Below, in pieces: positions 21,184 through 24,598 of a DNA stretch of 24,598 nucleotides. The notes under the pieces are model-generated. The model made no database searches, had not been told where the DNA came from, and saw only the letters and a list, made by a program, of their open reading frames with translations. Location of the stretch: positions 1-24,598 of the forward strand of contig NW_021836210.1 in the NCBI RefSeq assembly GCF_006345805.1, written 5' to 3'. The first letter of the stretch is position 1. Each line of letters begins with the position of its first letter. The DNA is from Octopus sinensis. Lineage: Eukaryota. The translations under genes were made by a program, and so were the position numbers.

Positions 21184-21200
21184 TGTATGTATGTATGTAC
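20590..21200. repeat. (TA)n and (ATGT)n microsatellites, with a short unique gap near 20780-20880
   Basis: Directly visible. Confidence 0.88.
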
Positions 21201-21639
21201 GCATTTATATGTCTGTCTGCCAGTGTGTGTTCGTTGTGAGTTTCTGTGAACAAGTATCAGGTGGACAGACGGAAGATGTATGGAGAAGCTGTTTAAAAAG
21301 AGGAATTTCTCGATTATTTCGGAGTGGTCAAACGAAAGTGACAGATCTGATGTTGAGATGTTCTAACTACGGAGAAATATCATTTACTTTACACAGCTCA
21401 CTTCGTCTGTAAATATGTGAACTGGACTAAGGATGAGTGCCACAAACCGATACTTTCCTACCGATCTCAGACATCAGATGTAGTCCACCGCTGTGTTGTT
21501 AATGTTTCGCTGACCGTTTATAAGGAATGAACTGGTCAAAGGAATGTACATCAGATTTTCTTCCCAACCTATTTTCTTTGTCTTGTTTATAAAGCTGTAT
21601 GGTGGTAACACCCGCGAAGTATACCGAAACATCTATGCA

Positions 21640-21912
21640 TGTCTACACATCTGTGTGTACATACACACACATACACACATACGTGTATTTATATACATAT
21701 ATGGGCATATGTGTGTATACATATATATATATATCTGTGTGTGTGTGTGTGTATGTATGTATAATGTAAATATTTATGTCAACATAGATAGATATAGATA
21801 GAGAGAGCTATAGACATACATACAAACATACATACATACATACATTCATACATTCATACATACATTCATACATACATACATACATACATACATACATACA
21901 TTCATACATACA

Positions 21913-21945
<33 letters not shown>

Positions 21946-22029
21946 GCACATATACAAGCATATATGTAGAATAAAGAGCGCGAAGGATACTTACACCTAG
22001 ACAGACACACACACACACGTACAAACACG

Positions 22030-22066
<37 letters not shown>

Positions 22067-22150
22067 ATACACACACGCTGCTGATTTCAAGCTAGTCGCT
22101 AACAAATTCATAAGTTTTGAATTTTGTCAAAACGGTTCTATGTATGTATG

Positions 22151-22181
<31 letters not shown>

Positions 22182-22790
22182 ATATGTATGTATGGATGTA
22201 TATATGTATGTATGTATTTATGTATGTATGCATGTATGTATGTATTTATTTATGTATGTATGTATGAATGTATTTATGTATGTATGTATGTATGTATGTA
22301 TATATGTATGTAAGGATGTATATATGTATGTATGTATTTATGTATGTATGCATGTATGTATGTATTTATTTATGTATGTATGTATGAATGTATTTATGTA
22401 TGTATGTATGCATGCACGCATTTATGTATTTATGTATGTATTAATGTATGTAAGTATGTATGTATGTATGTATGTATGTATGTATGTATGTATGTATATA
22501 AGTATGTATGTATGTATGTATGCATATATGTATGTATGTATGCATGTATGTATGTATGTATGTATGTATGTATGTATGTATTTATGTATGTATGTATGTA
22601 AGTATGTATTTATGTATGTATGTATGTATGTATGTATGCATGTATGTATGTATGTATGTAAGTATGTATGTATGTATGTAAGTATGTATGCATGTATGTA
22701 TGTATATATGTATGTATGTATATATAAAGCTGTATAGTGCTATATATGTACGTATGTATACATGTGTGAGTGTATGCATGTGTATGTTAG
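21640..22790. repeat. (TACA)n, (CA)n and (ATGT)n arrays including a 120-bp tandem duplication
   Basis: The 60-base lines starting at 22201 and 22321 are identical. Confidence 0.9.
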
Positions 22791-22887
22791 CATATATGTA
22801 TCTGTGAGATTATCTTTTTTCTAAATTGGTGTTTTCTTCCGTCTTTTAGAGCAAAACGTGCCTACTTTCGATATAGTGAATTTTAAA

Positions 22888-22924
<37 letters not shown>

Positions 22925-23059
22925 GACCTCGAACACACAAGTGCAAACAAGGGAGTCAGAGAAAGGCAGAATGCTACTTATATCTGAACACTACTATAGA
23001 AATATTCTTTTAAAAAAACTTTTCTTCTAATTTTTCTAAATTTAATTATTTAATCGTTA

Positions 23060-23097
23060 CAGTTGAAAAGGTCTCAAAATGACCGAAACCGGTACTG
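23060..23097 (+). ncRNA. Minimal type-I hammerhead motif with compensatory U3-A8 core (UUGAAAA)
   Basis: CAG-UUGAAAA-GGUC(ucaaaau)GACC-GAAA-CCGG-UA-CUG. Palindromic ACCGGU stem III, GUA triplet. Confidence 0.7.
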
Positions 23098-23169
23098 AAA
23101 GATTCACTATAAAATTATCTTAGCATTTTCTATTTTTGACTTGTTTTTTCATATATATATATATACATA

Positions 23170-23680
23170 CCTGAAGGATTAAAATTAATCAAAGGATATA
23201 CTAAATATGTCTACCTGCTGGAAATAACGGTCAAAATTCTTATCTAAATCGCCGAAATACACTGATGATAGCTACAGAAATCAACCTCCCGAAGGCAAAC
23301 GGGCTACGGTAATCTCTCAGCATACATTCAAGTATTTGGACTCACGTGGACCAGTTTCTGCACTGGCATATAGCCTCAGCTTCTTCAGCGCGTGTTACCA
23401 TAATGGAGAACACCAAACCGTCGTGTTGAAGTCTGCACTGCAATTGATTCGTTTTGTACAGAAATCATAGCAGCCACCAGTGTGATTGGTTGATTTCTGT
23501 AGTTATTATCAGTGTATTTTGGCGATTTAAATAGGAGTTTTGACTGTTATTTCCAGCAGGTAGACATATTTATTATGTCCTTTGATTAATTCTAATCCTT
23601 CCGATATTTAACGCTTTGGGTGGGGGTTGAAATCGCCTATATTATTGATTTCGTTATTATCATTTTTAAATTGTTACACT
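23170..23680 (-). mobile_element. PLE-like 3' end with a 117-bp inverted repeat (alternatively a MITE)
   Basis: Arms 23170-23286 and 23488-23604 (~12 mismatches). A hammerhead lies in the spacer. Just beyond the right arm the minus strand reads roughly E..NI..F.PHPK(A)LN, like the PLE ORF C-terminus 'E..WI..L.T..P.GLN'. Confidence 0.6.
23343..23395 (-). ncRNA. Hammerhead motif, core CUGAAGA with GUC triplet
   Basis: Minus strand: CACGCG-CUGAAGA-a-GCUG(...)CAGU-gca-GAAA-CUGG-UC-CACGUG. One stem I mismatch and an extra 3 nt before GAAA. Confidence 0.6.
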
Positions 23681-23769
23681 AGATAATAACATAGTCAATG
23701 GTATCTTCGCAACTTATTATTTTTTTCATGTATTACGTTTTTCTCGTGAATTATTTGCTCCATATTGAA

Positions 23770-23807
<38 letters not shown>

Positions 23808-23894
23808 GAGAGGGAAGGAGGGAGAGAGGAGAGGGGGAGATTGACATACAGGCAGACCGGCAGGTACGCAGGAAGACAAGTAACTAGATAGCTA

Positions 23895-24235
23895 CACATA
23901 TGCATCATGCATACACACATACATACATACTACATACATATACATACTACATACACATACACACACACACATACATACATGCATACACACATACAGACAT
24001 ACATACATGCCATACACACTACATACATACATACATAAAACATACATACATACATACATAATGCATACTACATCATACATACAATGCATGCATACATACA
24101 TACATGCATGCAATACATACATACATACATACATGCATGCATGCAATACTACATATTACATACATCATGCATGCTACATACATACATACATACAATACAT
24201 ACATACCATACATACATACATACATACATACATGA
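23895..24235. repeat. Degenerate (TACA)n array
   Basis: Directly visible. Confidence 0.9.
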
Positions 24236-24319
24236 TACTAAGCATACTTGTTAGGTAATAGCTATTTTATTGTTTTGATTACGAAATATATATATTTGTT
24301 GAATACATGTGGATATATT

Positions 24320-24470
24320 CTTTTCTAATCTAAGCAAAAGGCTCGAAATTTTGGGGGAGAGGGCCAGTCGATTAGATCGACCTCGGTACGTAACTGGTAC
24401 TTAATTTATCAACCCCGAAAGGATGAAAGGCAAAGTCGACCTCGGTGGAAATTGAACTCAGAACGTATAG
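24320..24470 (-). mobile_element. 5'-truncated SINE of the older family A subfamily
   Basis: Perfect 16-bp TSD tacatgtggatatatt at 24304-24319 and 24471-24486. Confidence 0.88.
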
Positions 24471-24510
24471 TACATGTGGATATATTGACAGAAATACAGC
24501 ATTTTTATGG

Positions 24511-24598
24511 GTGGCACTCCATCGGTTACGACGACGAGGGTTCCAGTTTATCCGATCAATGGAACAGCCTGATCGTGAAATTAACGTGAAAGTGACTG
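24511..24598 (-). mobile_element. 3' tail of another SINE family, running off the window
   Basis: Minus strand ...TTAATTTCACGATCAGGCTGTTCCATTGATCGGATAAACTGGAACCCTCGTCGTCGTAACCGATGGAGTGCCAC resembles a recalled cephalopod SINE tail. Confidence 0.6.

Noticed and set aside
23258-23286. CTGATGA...GAAA in the left inverted arm as a fifth hammerhead
   Set aside because: There are no proper stems I or III, and the other arm reads CTGATAA, so it is likely chance.
6812-24258. Dozens of 60-220 aa ORFs rich in Y/I/H/T or M/Y/V/C
   Set aside because: They are translations of (ATGT)n, (TA)n and (CA)n arrays, which lack stops in several frames.

Overview
AT-rich, repeat-dense eukaryotic (non-prokaryotic) DNA. 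The tRNA-derived SINE families and the very high load of (AT)n, (CA)n, (ATGT)n, (AAT)n and (CAT)n microsatellites resemble Octopus (coleoid cephalopod) intronic or intergenic DNA; this is an inference from recalled family sequences, not a search result. Almost all ORFs in the supplied track are microsatellite or SINE artefacts, and no host gene can be named. Features supported by the sequence: (1) a decayed Penelope-like element (PLE) ORF with a GIY-YIG endonuclease motif at ~20-500 (-). (2) Four minimal type-I hammerhead ribozyme (HHR) motifs in PLE-type terminal fragments at 9336-9373 (-), 9997-10042 (-), 23060-23097 (+) and 23343-23395 (-). Each has a different core, including a compensatory U3-A8 core. 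(3) About 17 SINE copies or fragments, several with unusual architecture: two opposite insertions at one target site forming a ~220-bp hairpin, a tail-to-internal junction that recurs at two loci, and a doubled head. (4) A 19 x 15-bp mucin-like (EATTT)n repeat behind a strong splice acceptor. (5) A TA-flanked MITE and a few weak micro-exon candidates.
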